Origin: a virus
Taxonomy: Duplodnaviria > Caudoviricetes
Length of the DNA stretch: 64,000 nucleotides
Reading direction: 5' to 3' (one strand)
IMG/VR virus record: IMGVR_UViG_3300033066_002242
Coordinates: 31,556 to 95,555 of that record
Part shown: in pieces, positions 1 through 9,260 of the stretch
Layout: the number at the start of each line of letters is the position of its first letter
How positions within the stretch are numbered: the first letter of the stretch is position 1
Notes under the pieces: generated by a model
The model's input: the letters and a program-made list of their open reading frames with translations, nothing else
The model's database searches: none
What the model was told of the DNA's origin: nothing
Translations under genes and position numbers: made by a program

Positions 1-1780
1 ACACGGCATCGGCGTAGCGCAAGATGGACAGCGCCCAGGCCGAAGGCTCCGGTACATCACTGATCAGGCCGTATAAGGTGTTGACCCCGTCAGCATTGGC
101 GCGACCCACAGAGTGGAAGTTGTAGGGAATGGTCACGAACCCGGATGTCGTGGCGTCTTCGGTGTTCAGGTAGTTGGACGAGTAGATCAGCTTGGCCTGG
201 CCGTCGTTGGGGTTGGTGGTCTTGTCCACCGCTTGCACGAAGCCGTTGCTGTCTTTGGTCAGGATCCACGGCGTAGCCTCGGCAGACGGAATCTGGTCCA
301 GGGGAACGGTCAAGGTCGGCAGGACGCGGTACACGTCCATCGTAACGTCGTCGTTCTCCAGGGCGTTGGCGGAGCCGTCGGTCAGCGCGGTGCGGACCAC
401 GTAGGTGGTCGTGGTGACAACGGTGTGAGGGACCAGGGCGGCAGAGGCGTACACCGTCCAGTCTGCACCGTCTGTGGTGCTGGCGCTGTTCACGTTGGCT
501 ACCAGTACCGACCCTTCGCCTACTGTCTTCTGGTGGGTAGTGCCTACGGTGTAGGTACCGGTATCTACCTCTACCACCCAATACTGTCCAGCAGCAGTGC
601 TGACAGGAAGGGTGGCGGAGTTGGCAGCGAGTACCAATGTGCCTTGGCTGGACACGGAGTCCACAGACACCGGGGTAAGCAGGGTGTCTTGTTCGACGGC
701 TGCTCCTGCCAGAACCTTGCTGGAGGACCGGATGTACCAGTCGCTGCCGACCTTCTTGGTATCGCGAATAGACGCCGTGTAAGTGACCGGGGCAGAATCC
801 AGCACCGGAGTCACTGCATCGCCAATGGCAGACACGCCCAAAGACTGCGGAGAAGCTGTTCCCAGACCCAGGTACTCTGTAGTCGTATCAACTTCCATAT
901 GGTAGGAGCCGTACCACACCGAGTACTTGATGAGGTCGCCTTCCAGAGTGCTGGCAGCGCCGTCGTACGCATTGGCGTCAGGAGCGTACGCACCGCCGGT
1001 GCCTGTGCCATCCGGGTTGAAGACGGTGCCTGCCAGTTTGACCCAAGTGTCATCAAACGGCAGAGGCTGTCCACTGGCAGACAGTCGAATACGCTGTGCA
1101 ATGTCCTTGGCATCCGCCAGGGTGTCCTTCAAAACAAACCCTGCGTTGGAAGTTGGAAAGTCACCGCCCGTCAACGCAACAAGGTACTTGCCGGAAGACC
1201 CAACCCATGGACCTGCTCCCGGGTTTGTACCTCCGATCAGCCAGTAGTCACCGCTCAACACGGCGCCGTTGAAGCCGCTACCAGCTATAGGCAGTACCGG
1301 AGAAGATGCGTTGATGGTGCCAGGCATGGCGTGGTGAATGCCATTGGCGGTGTTGCCTTCGATGCCTTCCAGGTACGCCTGGCGGACACTGTCCAGCAGC
1401 AGCACGTTCTGGCGGACCTGGGCGTTCTTGAACACCAGTTCAAAGCTGCCGGCCGAAACTTTCTGCCCAGCGATAGCCGCAGGCAGCGCCATCTGGAAAT
1501 GACCGGCAGGCGGGTCGTTCCAACCCGAGCCAACGCCGGCGGCTCCCGGGGACACGTGATCGTTGAAGGTGTAGCCGGAAGCCGACGACTGGTACACGAC
1601 CGGGTCATTGGGGTTGGCAATGGCGGCAATTTGGGCGACCTGGGATTGCGCCGTACCCGCCTGCACGACGTTGTAGGCGGCGCCGATGACCACGCTGTTC
1701 AGGGACGCTGTAGTGCTGCTGGCGCCACCGGGATTGAGAATCTTCTGCGTGACATTGGCTGAAGGTTCGACGTAAGACAT
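1..1780 (-). CDS. Tail sheath-like structural protein (N-terminal part; runs off window start)
   Basis: Missing from the ORF track because there is no stop in the window. ATG at 1780 follows a GGAG RBS and reads MSYVEPSANVTQKILNPGG..SLNSVVIGAAYNVV. The same frame is open at the window edge (..GFVTIPYNFHSVGRANADGV..). It lies downstream of neck/terminator-like genes. Confidence 0.6.
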   Translation of the reverse strand, partial: MSYVEPSANVTQKILNPGGASSTTASLNSVVIGAAYNVVQAGTAQSQVAQIAAIANPNDPVVYQSSASGYTFNDHVSPGAAGVGSGWNDPPAGHFQMALPAAIAGQKVSAGSFELVFKNAQVRQNVLLLDSVRQAYLEGIEGNTANGIHHAMPGTINASSPVLPIAGSGFNGAVLSGDYWLIGGTNPGAGPWVGSSGKYLVALTGGDFPTSNAGFVLKDTLADAKDIAQRIRLSASGQPLPFDDTWVKLAGTVFNPDGTGTGGAYAPDANAYDGAASTLEGDLIKYSVWYGSYHMEVDTTTEYLGLGTASPQSLGVSAIGDAVTPVLDSAPVTYTASIRDTKKVGSDWYIRSSSKVLAGAAVEQDTLLTPVSVDSVSSQGTLVLAANSATLPVSTAAGQYWVVEVDTGTYTVGTTHQKTVGEGSVLVANVNSASTTDGADWTVYASAALVPHTVVTTTTYVVRTALTDGSANALENDDVTMDVYRVLPTLTVPLDQIPSAEATPWILTKDSNGFVQAVDKTTNPNDGQAKLIYSSNYLNTEDATTSGFVTIPYNFHSVGRANADGVNTLYGLISDVPEPSAWALSILRYADAV

Positions 1781-1790
1781 TGTCTGCTCC

Positions 1791-2459
1791 TCACTGTGAC
1801 TGTTCCACCAAGCTGGTCAGGATACCCTTCAGCTGTGGTCCGATGTTTTGTGCCACCCACTTCATCTCCAGCGTATAAGGCTGCTGAAGGTCGATGACCC
1901 ACTTGTCTTTTTCATCCTTGTCCCGCAACGGGCGGGACACCATCAACGGCCCCAGGTTCTTGAACCCCTGGCTGTTGCAGATATAGGGCTTGGAGGCCGT
2001 CAGGTACTTCATGACCAGGTTGCCGAGCAACTCACAAGTCCCGAAGTTCCAGGTGATGATTCGGATGCTGACCGCGCCATTCACCATGGACAGGTACATG
2101 GTACGGTCCTGCTGCCCGTGTTCAGACACTCCAAACGACGCCGCATTGTCTGTCAGGGATACCGGTGACACCTGGTAGTCCCCTCTTCCGATCAGGATGA
2201 CAGGCTTGGCTCCGGGTGCATGATCCGGTGCCTGGTCGTCCGTAACGCGAATGTCAATGTGGCTGCTGCCATGTTCTTCCGAGTATTTTACGCTATCCGG
2301 TGCAGAAGTCCGGAAAAGATAACGCAGAATGTCCCGGAATGTCGGGGCGATGGAGGATGGGTTGAAGGTGGTGAAGAACTTCAGGGCCGGATCAACGTGA
2401 TCCGGTGTCGTCAGGAGAGGCCCTTCAGGCTCTCGGACGCGCGGCACCAAAGGTGTCAT
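1791..2459 (-). CDS. Putative tail terminator/completion protein
   Basis: Likely start MTPLVPR (ATGA overlap with the upstream stop); located between the neck gene and the sheath-like gene. Confidence 0.45.
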   Translation of the reverse strand: MTPLVPRVREPEGPLLTTPDHVDPALKFFTTFNPSSIAPTFRDILRYLFRTSAPDSVKYSEEHGSSHIDIRVTDDQAPDHAPGAKPVILIGRGDYQVSPVSLTDNAASFGVSEHGQQDRTMYLSMVNGAVSIRIITWNFGTCELLGNLVMKYLTASKPYICNSQGFKNLGPLMVSRPLRDKDEKDKWVIDLQQPYTLEMKWVAQNIGPQLKGILTSLVEQSQ

Positions 2460-3385
2460 TGGTCTATTACTCCTTCCCTTATTACTCCTTCTCTTTCCAG
2501 CAGGAGGTACTCCACACAGCTGGGAGGCAGCTGCACCATGACGAGCAATTGCCGAACGGTCACGGTCTGCAGGACGGTGTTTTGCACCCGTTCTACCCGG
2601 TACACACGGCGCTCCGGAAGATGAATGACCAGGTCGTTGGTGTTGATGTTGGGGTACGCCACCGTCCATGCCTGCAACGTCGCCGGTTCTGTCCTGCCCT
2701 CGTCGGTAGGGGAGTCAGTCTCCGTCACCGAGTCGTAGTTGAGCAGGGTGTCGATGCCTCGGTAGTACCCGCCTTGGTAGGTGGTGCCAAAGCATACCGG
2801 GCAGAAGTCGTCGACTGACATGCGCCGTACGGCATCCCAGCAGCGAGTGCAACGATATCCGTATTTGCCTTGCTGCACCTTCTTCAGTATCAGGCTGCGC
2901 ACTCCGTTATAGCGGCTGAGCAGGATCCACTCCCGGCGATTGATCTCCTTCTTGCGGAGGTAGTGCCATGGCGATAGGACGTTCTCATGTGTAATGGGCG
3001 CGGAGTACCCTAACGACACGTCCCCCTGCCACACCTGGATGACATAGTAGTCGTGCTGGTATTTGGATGCCAACAGCGTCGTCTCGTCCCGGTAGCTGGG
3101 GTCGGACAAAGGGGCAGCGTTGAGCTTGACGAAGGGGCCTTCCGGAGATTCTGACCGGTACACGTCGAATACGGGCGACGGCCAGGCCGGGTCCGGGAAC
3201 CAGATCAGGTTGGCCGAGGAGAACCAACTGGGGAATAGCTTGCCGGTGAAGCCCGGGATGACCGAGGTACTGACTGGCAGGCGTATCTTGTTGCCTTGGC
3301 GCGGCTGCTCCTTGTCCGCAGGCAAGTCAACCTGATGCCCTGGCGTGTAGAGCAGATGCAAGGTATCCAGGGTTGAAGTCAGCAT
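2456..3385 (-). CDS. Head completion/neck protein with Fn3-like segment and Zn-finger (CTRC...CPVC)
   Basis: FDVYRSESPEGPF Fn3-like motif, two CxxC pairs and a C-terminal 'DLVIH..RRVYRVERVQ' head-closure-like strand pattern; synteny. Confidence 0.55.
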   Translation of the reverse strand: MLTSTLDTLHLLYTPGHQVDLPADKEQPRQGNKIRLPVSTSVIPGFTGKLFPSWFSSANLIWFPDPAWPSPVFDVYRSESPEGPFVKLNAAPLSDPSYRDETTLLASKYQHDYYVIQVWQGDVSLGYSAPITHENVLSPWHYLRKKEINRREWILLSRYNGVRSLILKKVQQGKYGYRCTRCWDAVRRMSVDDFCPVCFGTTYQGGYYRGIDTLLNYDSVTETDSPTDEGRTEPATLQAWTVAYPNINTNDLVIHLPERRVYRVERVQNTVLQTVTVRQLLVMVQLPPSCVEYLLLEREGVIREGVIDQ

Positions 3386-3388
3386 GGG

Positions 3389-3829
3389 TCACCAGGTCGG
3401 GAAGTTGCGGTAGTCGGAACCCACCGAACCCCACCCGCTTTCGATGTTCATCTGGATCTTGATCTGGCGCGCCAAGTCCGTTGCCATGCGCCCGAACAGG
3501 TTGGCCAGGCTCAGAAACATCTCGTAGCGCTCTTCGATTGGTATTTGCAGACCACCGTCGGAGTAGTTCATCTGGTTGCGCGCCGCCATGGCAGCCTGCC
3601 CTTCATACAGGGTCTGGGCGGTCAGGTAGTACAGCACCTTGATGTAGTTCTGAGGGAACGATACCAGCGTGTACTGGGTGATCGGCTGCATCCCGTTGAA
3701 GGAAGATATCGCCAAGCCGATGGCCAGGTTGACGCGGGAGTCCGAAAACTCCAACCCGTCAATCAACAGGTTGTTCTCAGGGCTGTCTGCCAGGAACTGC
3801 CGGATCTCATCAGGGGTTAACGTGGCCAC
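3389..3829 (-). CDS. Putative head-tail adaptor
   Basis: GTG start at 3829 after GGAGGAG; helical ~146-aa protein (TPDEIRQFLAD...YSDGG) in the adaptor position. Confidence 0.5.
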   Translation of the reverse strand: MATLTPDEIRQFLADSPENNLLIDGLEFSDSRVNLAIGLAISSFNGMQPITQYTLVSFPQNYIKVLYYLTAQTLYEGQAAMAARNQMNYSDGGLQIPIEERYEMFLSLANLFGRMATDLARQIKIQMNIESGWGSVGSDYRNFPTW

Positions 3830-4205
3830 GGAGCTCCTCCTGCATGCGCAGTAGACGAGGCAGGACACAGTGAACCGTGGTGACGTCCTTTTCGGTGCCC
3901 ACCACGCCTATTACCTCCCCTCTATCCTCGATAGGCCTGCACTCCAGGCGGACCCATTTTCTGCACCCCTGGCCGTCCTCCTTTTCGACGTCCAGAGAGG
4001 CATTGAAGTCCTTGCCTGAGACGCACTTGTCAAGGTAGGCGTTGACCAGGTCCAGGTTACGGGTGCGCAGAAAAGAGCGGCACCAGTCCGTATAGGAGGT
4101 CCCCTTGTTGTGCCACAGGTGCTTGTGGTCGGCGCTGAGCATCCACACGTCCTGGTCGATCATGGCCAAGACGGTGCTCAGGGCTTGAGGCTGAGGAGTA
4201 AGCAT
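3810..4205 (-). CDS. Stand-alone PAS/PAC-domain protein
   Basis: C-terminal WVRLECRPIEDRGEVIGVVGTEKDVT matches the PAC motif pattern; GGAGG RBS. Confidence 0.6.
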   Translation of the reverse strand: MLTPQPQALSTVLAMIDQDVWMLSADHKHLWHNKGTSYTDWCRSFLRTRNLDLVNAYLDKCVSGKDFNASLDVEKEDGQGCRKWVRLECRPIEDRGEVIGVVGTEKDVTTVHCVLPRLLRMQEELRGHVNP

Positions 4206-4219
4206 AGTTGCCTCCGAAC

Positions 4220-4642
4220 TTAGCTGCGTCCGCCGGATGTGGCAGCCAGGGCCAATCCTGCTGCCCCTGCCCCCGCCCCAATGCGGTAATTGGTTTGGTG
4301 GCGCAGGGACTGTTCGTACCCGGTGTGGTCAATACCCTTGGACTTCAGGTACATCAGCTTGCCTTCGCCGGTCATGCCCTCCATAGCCTTCATGTGGGCA
4401 TCTACCTGGTTCTCCATCCCGGCAGCCCGGGTCAGTTTGCCTTTGGTGGCCTGTACGTGCTGTACGATCGTATGCTGGAGACGAGCATCCGCGTTTTCAC
4501 CGGTGAGGTGCCCCAGAAACCCGGAGTGGTTGGCAGCGAGGGCGGTGTCTCCGGCTTTTCCTCCAAAGGTACTCAAAAGAGCCTTGCCGGGCAGTGCAGC
4601 GGCCACCTTGACCATGGCGTCCAGGTAAGCGTTATCGGTCAT
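4220..4642 (-). CDS. Putative internal head (cargo) protein with KxA leader and C-terminal Gly-rich hydrophobic tail
   Basis: Starts MTDNAYLDAMVKVA and ends IGAGAGAAGLALAAT; paralogous to the C-terminus of 4651-5838. Confidence 0.55.
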   Translation of the reverse strand: MTDNAYLDAMVKVAAALPGKALLSTFGGKAGDTALAANHSGFLGHLTGENADARLQHTIVQHVQATKGKLTRAAGMENQVDAHMKAMEGMTGEGKLMYLKSKGIDHTGYEQSLRHQTNYRIGAGAGAAGLALAATSGGRS

Positions 4643-4650
4643 GGTGCACC

Positions 4651-5838
4651 TCAAGAGTTGTTGGAAGAAGGACGAGTGGCCAGGGCCGTGATTCCGGCCG
4701 CAGTAGCCACTCCGCCACCCACTGCCAGACGGGAGTGACCACGGGCGCGGATGGAGTTCTCCAGGGGTGCAGTATCGGCGTGGATGCCGCGCAGGTACTG
4801 GACCTGCCCCTGCTCGTCCAGACTGCCCAAAGCCTTCATGTGATCATTATAGGCCAGTTTGTCATTGCCCGACGCCTTGGCGACCGTGTGCCGCAGCACA
4901 GAATCAGTGTTGGCCCCGGTAAAGGACGCCAGGTGACCCGACTCGATGGCGGGAGTGTCGATACGTTCCCGAGGAGCCGGAGGGGCAACAGGCGTCGGAA
5001 TTTCGGCGGGAGCCGCGTCCTCGATAGCCTTGCTGACCTTGTCCTTGGCGTAGCGGTGCAAACTTTCTTCCGGGGACAAGCGGGTAGGCATGAAACCTTT
5101 TATGACCACGTGGCCCTTGAATTGCCCCTTTTGCCAGTCATCATGCAGGTTGCCAAACGCCTTGATGTGCTTGCCTTCTACGCCGGCTTGCTGCATGACG
5201 TCCTTGATGCGCCCGTCCACCTCCAATGCACCCGGCGTCGAGGAGTCCAGGTTTATCCACTTACGACCGACGTTGTTCTGCAGGTAGTTGAGGCGCTCCA
5301 GCGGGGCGTTGGGGTTCTTGCCGGACTGCAGCACGCCACGCAGGTGGTCGATGATGTTGTCAGCCGTGTTGACAATCGCGTGCTCACCCACCTTACCGGC
5401 CGGCAATTTCAACGACACGGACCCCGTCTTAGAGCCTGGGTTGATGTGCGCCTTGGCAACCCGAGTGAAGTCGGACACCATATCGTTGGTGGCGCCAGCT
5501 TCTTTCAGCGTGCGGCGCAGGCCTTCTGCTACTGCCCTGGTGGTTTCCAGATGCTGCGCATGGGAGACGGTACCCTGCTTCAGGCCATTCATGGAGTCCG
5601 ACAGCACTCCCCGGAAATGGGAGATACGGTCATCCGGGTCCATCGCCCGGAACTTCTGCTCATCCATCCAGCCCGTCACCTCTCCACGAAGCTTGCCTGG
5701 TACACTGGCTACGGCTCCTTTGATCTTGCTCGCCCCTGCCCGGAGGCCGGGGGAGTTGGCGAAGTTACGGGCAGCCTGGACAGAGTTCTGGAAGATACCC
5801 GCTTGTTTGGACATTTCGTCCATGTACCGATTGGTCAT
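4651..5838 (-). CDS. Putative internal head (cargo) protein with KxA leader
   Basis: Starts MTNRYMDEMSKQA; C-terminal LAVGGGVATAAGITALAT. Confidence 0.55.
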   Translation of the reverse strand: MTNRYMDEMSKQAGIFQNSVQAARNFANSPGLRAGASKIKGAVASVPGKLRGEVTGWMDEQKFRAMDPDDRISHFRGVLSDSMNGLKQGTVSHAQHLETTRAVAEGLRRTLKEAGATNDMVSDFTRVAKAHINPGSKTGSVSLKLPAGKVGEHAIVNTADNIIDHLRGVLQSGKNPNAPLERLNYLQNNVGRKWINLDSSTPGALEVDGRIKDVMQQAGVEGKHIKAFGNLHDDWQKGQFKGHVVIKGFMPTRLSPEESLHRYAKDKVSKAIEDAAPAEIPTPVAPPAPRERIDTPAIESGHLASFTGANTDSVLRHTVAKASGNDKLAYNDHMKALGSLDEQGQVQYLRGIHADTAPLENSIRARGHSRLAVGGGVATAAGITALATRPSSNNS

Positions 5839-6491
5839 GATTCTCTCCGATGAAACATCGCATACCCCAAGAATGGAGCACCAATGGCGCCACCTACGAT
5901 TGCTGCTGTGGAGTGGAGTCTAGCGTGCTCCGCCCCGGTAGCGTAGATGGCCGACTTTAGCCTGGCTGCTTTGGCGGCTTCTTGCGCAAGCACTGCTCTA
6001 CGACTCAAGAGGTGTGCCACACCTGCCGCCACACCTGCAGAGGCCAGTACTGCTCCACCCGCAATGGAGGCCCCGCGTCTGCCCGATGATCTTTTGGCGG
6101 CGGATACCACCGCGTCCTCCCCAGGCCCTGCCAACAAAGACTCTACGTGCTCAGCAGAAGGTGCGTAGGACGTGCGTACCGGAGAAGACGGATGGGCAGA
6201 ATTCCACACTTCGCCAAGCCTGGCTTTATGCTCAGGACCTCCATGCTGCATAATGGCAAGTCTGGCTTCATGGATGCTTGCATTCCCTGACGACAGATGA
6301 GAATGCAGCAGCTGTAAAGGATGCTCGGGGTTGGTGAGTATGTCTGGGAGAGGAGTACCGGCAGGAGGGTACAGGGTCCCATGAGTTGCCAGTACGTGGC
6401 TTTCAGCGTCATCTATTGCATTTGACAGCTTGGTCTTGACGGCATCCACTGCCAGCAGCCGCGTCTGCTCCTTCTCTGTTGTATGTGGCAT
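5835..6491 (-). CDS. Ala/Gly-rich protein with two glycine-zipper-like hydrophobic segments
   Basis: Start MPHTTEK after GGAGAG; IAGGAVLASAGVAAGVA and IVGGAIGAPFLGYAM segments. Confidence 0.5.
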   Translation of the reverse strand: MPHTTEKEQTRLLAVDAVKTKLSNAIDDAESHVLATHGTLYPPAGTPLPDILTNPEHPLQLLHSHLSSGNASIHEARLAIMQHGGPEHKARLGEVWNSAHPSSPVRTSYAPSAEHVESLLAGPGEDAVVSAAKRSSGRRGASIAGGAVLASAGVAAGVAHLLSRRAVLAQEAAKAARLKSAIYATGAEHARLHSTAAIVGGAIGAPFLGYAMFHRRES

Positions 6492-6507
6492 GACTCTCTC
6501 TCCATTA

Positions 6508-7410
6508 TCAGTTGCTAAGGGCGCGGCCGGCGACAATGCCGCCCACGACGCCGCCGCCTACGAGCATGCCTTTCTGGGCAGTGGTCATCTTGGCGGCCTC
6601 TTTCCCAGCCTCCAAGCCCGCAGCGTGACCGGCTTCGTGGCCAGCGGTTCTGCCGGCGTTATACAGCATTTTGCCTGCCACCCCTGCGGCGCCTGCACCG
6701 GCAGCTACCTTGGCTGCGCCTTTCCGGGTGAATCTTGGCGTCTGCAAAGCTGACGTTGCAGCCTGCTGTGGGCTGGTGTTTTGCAATCTCACGTTGGTCG
6801 GCACGGAGGGAGGTGCCAGAGGAGCTCCGTGGGCGTGAGTGGCGGACGTGCTGGCCGTGGAGTACGGCGTACTGCTGCCGGGTGCCGCGGCCTGTGGCGT
6901 TGCCGGAGCTTGGGGCTGTGCCTTGGGCGTTGCCGGAGCTTGGGGCTGTGCCTTGGGCGTTGCCGGAGCTTGGGGCTGTGCCTTGGGCGTTGCCGGAGGC
7001 TGCTGAACGTGCGTGCTGGAAGTGGCCGCAGGAGGAGCCAGCGGTGCCCCGCCAGCATGGGTTGCGGTCGCAGTGTTGGCTGCTGGAGTTTGTCGCTTGA
7101 GGTCGGCGTACCTTGCACCTGGAGCGTGGGCGTACCCAGGGTACCGCTGCTCCATGATCCGGTTCATCGCAGCGTGGTCCCTGGGGCCCCCGTGCCAGCT
7201 TATCGTACGCTTTATCGCCTCATCGTCGATGTGGTCTTTGGTTAGTACCTGCGACATGTCAGACGTTAAAGGTTTTCCAGTGGAGTGTGCCACTGCTGCC
7301 CCGTAGTCCGACGACGTGACGCGGTGCATAATGTGACGAAGTTCCTTCTCGCCGACGTCTGTCAGTGCCCCTGCCACTTTGACCATGGCGTATAGGTACC
7401 GGTTGCTCAT
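6508..7410 (-). CDS. Putative cargo protein with KxA leader and Pro/Ala repeat linker
   Basis: Starts MSNRYLYAMVKVA; PATPKAQPQA repeats; C-terminus nearly identical to that of 7425-8366. Confidence 0.55.
   Translation of the reverse strand: MSNRYLYAMVKVAGALTDVGEKELRHIMHRVTSSDYGAAVAHSTGKPLTSDMSQVLTKDHIDDEAIKRTISWHGGPRDHAAMNRIMEQRYPGYAHAPGARYADLKRQTPAANTATATHAGGAPLAPPAATSSTHVQQPPATPKAQPQAPATPKAQPQAPATPKAQPQAPATPQAAAPGSSTPYSTASTSATHAHGAPLAPPSVPTNVRLQNTSPQQAATSALQTPRFTRKGAAKVAAGAGAAGVAGKMLYNAGRTAGHEAGHAAGLEAGKEAAKMTTAQKGMLVGGGVVGGIVAGRALSN
6896..6998. repeat. 30-bp in-frame tandem repeat (~3.4 copies)
   Basis: GGCGTTGCCGGAGCTTGGGGCTGTGCCTTG repeated exactly. Confidence 0.9.
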
Positions 7411-7424
7411 ACTTCTCTCCACTA

Positions 7425-8366
7425 TCAGTTGCTAAGGGCGCGGCTGGCGACAACGCCGCCCAAGACGCCGCCGCCTACGAGCATGCCTTTCTGGGCGGTA
7501 GTCATCTTGGCAGATTCTACCCCGGCGGCAAGGCCAGCGGCATGACCGGCTTCGTGGCCAGCGGTTCTGCCAGCGTTGTACAGCATCTTTCCCGCCACCC
7601 CCGCAGCGCCTACGCCAGCAGCTGCCTTGGCTGCGCCTTTGCGAGTGAACTTAGGGGACTGCAAGGCAGACGTTGCAGCCTGCTGCACAGAAGGAGAGCC
7701 CTGTTGGAAGGATACGTTGTAGGAGGTTCCAGGATGACCCAATGGAGCCCCATGCGCGTGAGATGCCGACGTGTTGCCGCCACCAAGAAGGGGAACATCA
7801 TCCGCCATGGTGTACGGGCCACTGGTATGAGTGGCAGCAGCGGCAGGAGCCTTAGGCGCAAGATGATCAGCAGCTACGGGAACATCATCCGCCATGGTGT
7901 ACGGGCCACTGGTACGAGTGGCAGCAGCGGCAGGAGCCTTAGGCGCAAGATGATCAGCAGCTACGGGAACATCATCCGCCATGGTGTACGGGCCACTGGT
8001 ACGAGTGGCAGCAGCGGCAGGAGCCTTAGGCGCTGCACTGCGCACCGCTCCTTTCCCTGCCAAGGCGGATTGCGCGGCTTGAGGCAGAGATGGCGTAGAA
8101 CGCATGCCCGCCAGCATGCGCTCTTGATGAAGTGCTCTGCTCTCCAGACGTTGTCCGTGCTCTACTACGGCCTGCTGGAGAGTACTAAGAGCTGGCGCAG
8201 CGGCAGCATGAGCAGCAGGAGTCGCAGCGGCTTGAGGCAGAGATGGCGTAGAACGCATGCCCGCCAGCATGCGCTCTTGATGAAGTGCTCTGCTCTCCAG
8301 GCGCGCAGCAGTGCTTGAGAGCAAGCCAGCCACTTTTACCATGCCCGACAGGTACACGTTGTTCAT
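7425..8366 (-). CDS. Putative cargo protein with KxA leader and internal repeats
   Basis: Starts MNNVYLSGMVKVA; contains internal 24-aa and 29-aa repeats. Confidence 0.55.
   Translation of the reverse strand: MNNVYLSGMVKVAGLLSSTAARLESRALHQERMLAGMRSTPSLPQAAATPAAHAAAAPALSTLQQAVVEHGQRLESRALHQERMLAGMRSTPSLPQAAQSALAGKGAVRSAAPKAPAAAATRTSGPYTMADDVPVAADHLAPKAPAAAATRTSGPYTMADDVPVAADHLAPKAPAAAATHTSGPYTMADDVPLLGGGNTSASHAHGAPLGHPGTSYNVSFQQGSPSVQQAATSALQSPKFTRKGAAKAAAGVGAAGVAGKMLYNAGRTAGHEAGHAAGLAAGVESAKMTTAQKGMLVGGGVLGGVVASRALSN
7791..8033. repeat. 87-bp in-frame tandem repeat (~2.8 copies)
   Basis: GGGAACATCATCCGCCATGGTGTACGGGCC... starts at 7791, 7878 and 7965. Confidence 0.9.
8074..8299. repeat. ~73-bp exact direct repeat, 153 bp apart
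   Basis: Encodes LESRALHQERMLAGMRSTPSLPQAA twice. Confidence 0.85.
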
Positions 8367-8848
8367 TGGTACTGCTCCTGGTTGCGAGAGGACAAAGCAC
8401 TGGTAGCGCCAACAGCGGCCGCAGCGGCGGTCCCTGCCCGGGATGTCGCTCGCAGGTTCATGGCCGCCTGCGCGTCTTTGACAGCGGCAGGTCCGAGATT
8501 GTCATGTGCGTATTGTAGCTTCTCAGCGTCGGTCATGCCGCGCAAGCCTTTTTCAAATTTAAGTGTCAGGCTTGGGTTGTTGTACTTGAGACTGGCGTGG
8601 GCCATCAGCACCTTGTTCACGCCGCCACCGGCCAACGTGGTCACGGCGTTGCCCACGCCTTGCGCCGCCCCTTTTACGGAGCGTACTCCTGCATCGAGAA
8701 CGCTGCCCATCACGCCGGGGTTCTCCACGCTGCCCGCGACGGGAAGCACAGGCTCGGCGGCAGTGGCGCGCTCCAGCAGCCCACCCGTCCAGCGTCCTAC
8801 GGAGAACTTGACAGCCAGCTTGGTCATCTCATCGTGGTAGCGATTCAT
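8363..8848 (-). CDS. Putative cargo protein with KxA leader
   Basis: Starts MNRYHDEMTKLA; C-terminal domain resembles 4220-4642. Confidence 0.55.
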   Translation of the reverse strand: MNRYHDEMTKLAVKFSVGRWTGGLLERATAAEPVLPVAGSVENPGVMGSVLDAGVRSVKGAAQGVGNAVTTLAGGGVNKVLMAHASLKYNNPSLTLKFEKGLRGMTDAEKLQYAHDNLGPAAVKDAQAAMNLRATSRAGTAAAAAVGATSALSSRNQEQYQ

Positions 8849-8849
8849 G

Positions 8850-9260
8850 TCAACCCCCGTAAGAGGCCATTCCGTACAGCGCCCCCAGGGCAGCGGCAGC
8901 GGCAGGGATGCCTACGCGCATGTGCCGGGACAGGCGGGTAGCTTCCGGAACCAAGGTGCGGCTGAGGTCGGCCTCGATGGCGCCGACACGGGCGAAGTGA
9001 GCACGCTCATGCTCCCGCAGTGCAGTCATCGAAAGGTTCTTGCTGGCGGCGTCCTGGAACTTGGCGGCGGACTCGGCCTGCAGGGACTCCGACATGGAGC
9101 GCAGGTACAGGTTCTGAGCCGCTGCCTGGACGTTGCGTTCCGGAATGCGTGCCTCATGGACGCGCACCCCAAAGTGGCCCAGAGCCCCGCCCACGATAGC
9201 GCCGGTGGTCAGGTACGGGATAGCGGACGGACGACCGTCGTGGAAGGTAGGTTCAGTCAT
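8850..9260 (-). CDS. Small protein with hydrophobic Gly-rich segments at both ends
   Basis: YLTTGAIVGGALGHFG and VGIPAAAAALGALYGMA. Confidence 0.5.
   Translation of the reverse strand: MTEPTFHDGRPSAIPYLTTGAIVGGALGHFGVRVHEARIPERNVQAAAQNLYLRSMSESLQAESAAKFQDAASKNLSMTALREHERAHFARVGAIEADLSRTLVPEATRLSRHMRVGIPAAAAALGALYGMASYGG

Larger units (their letters stand above)
6497..7685. repeat. ~270-bp imperfect direct repeat (6497-6768 and 7414-7685)
   Basis: Offset 917 bp; covers the C-terminal coding regions, the stop codons and the RBS of the next gene. Confidence 0.85.

Noticed and set aside
113-1762. 549-aa plus-strand ORF (likewise 11029-12573, 18857-20941, 39811-41853, 43783-45315 and minus-strand 56230-57648)
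   Set aside because: These are antisense shadows of well-supported genes, expected from codon bias in GC-rich DNA; they have no motifs or RBS.
6497-7685. Duplicated block as a DGR template/variable repeat pair
   Set aside because: Differences are not adenine-specific, both copies are coding, and no reverse transcriptase is seen in the window.
6896-8299. Repeats as a CRISPR array
   Set aside because: Unit lengths are multiples of three, in frame within ORFs, with no unique spacers and no cas genes.
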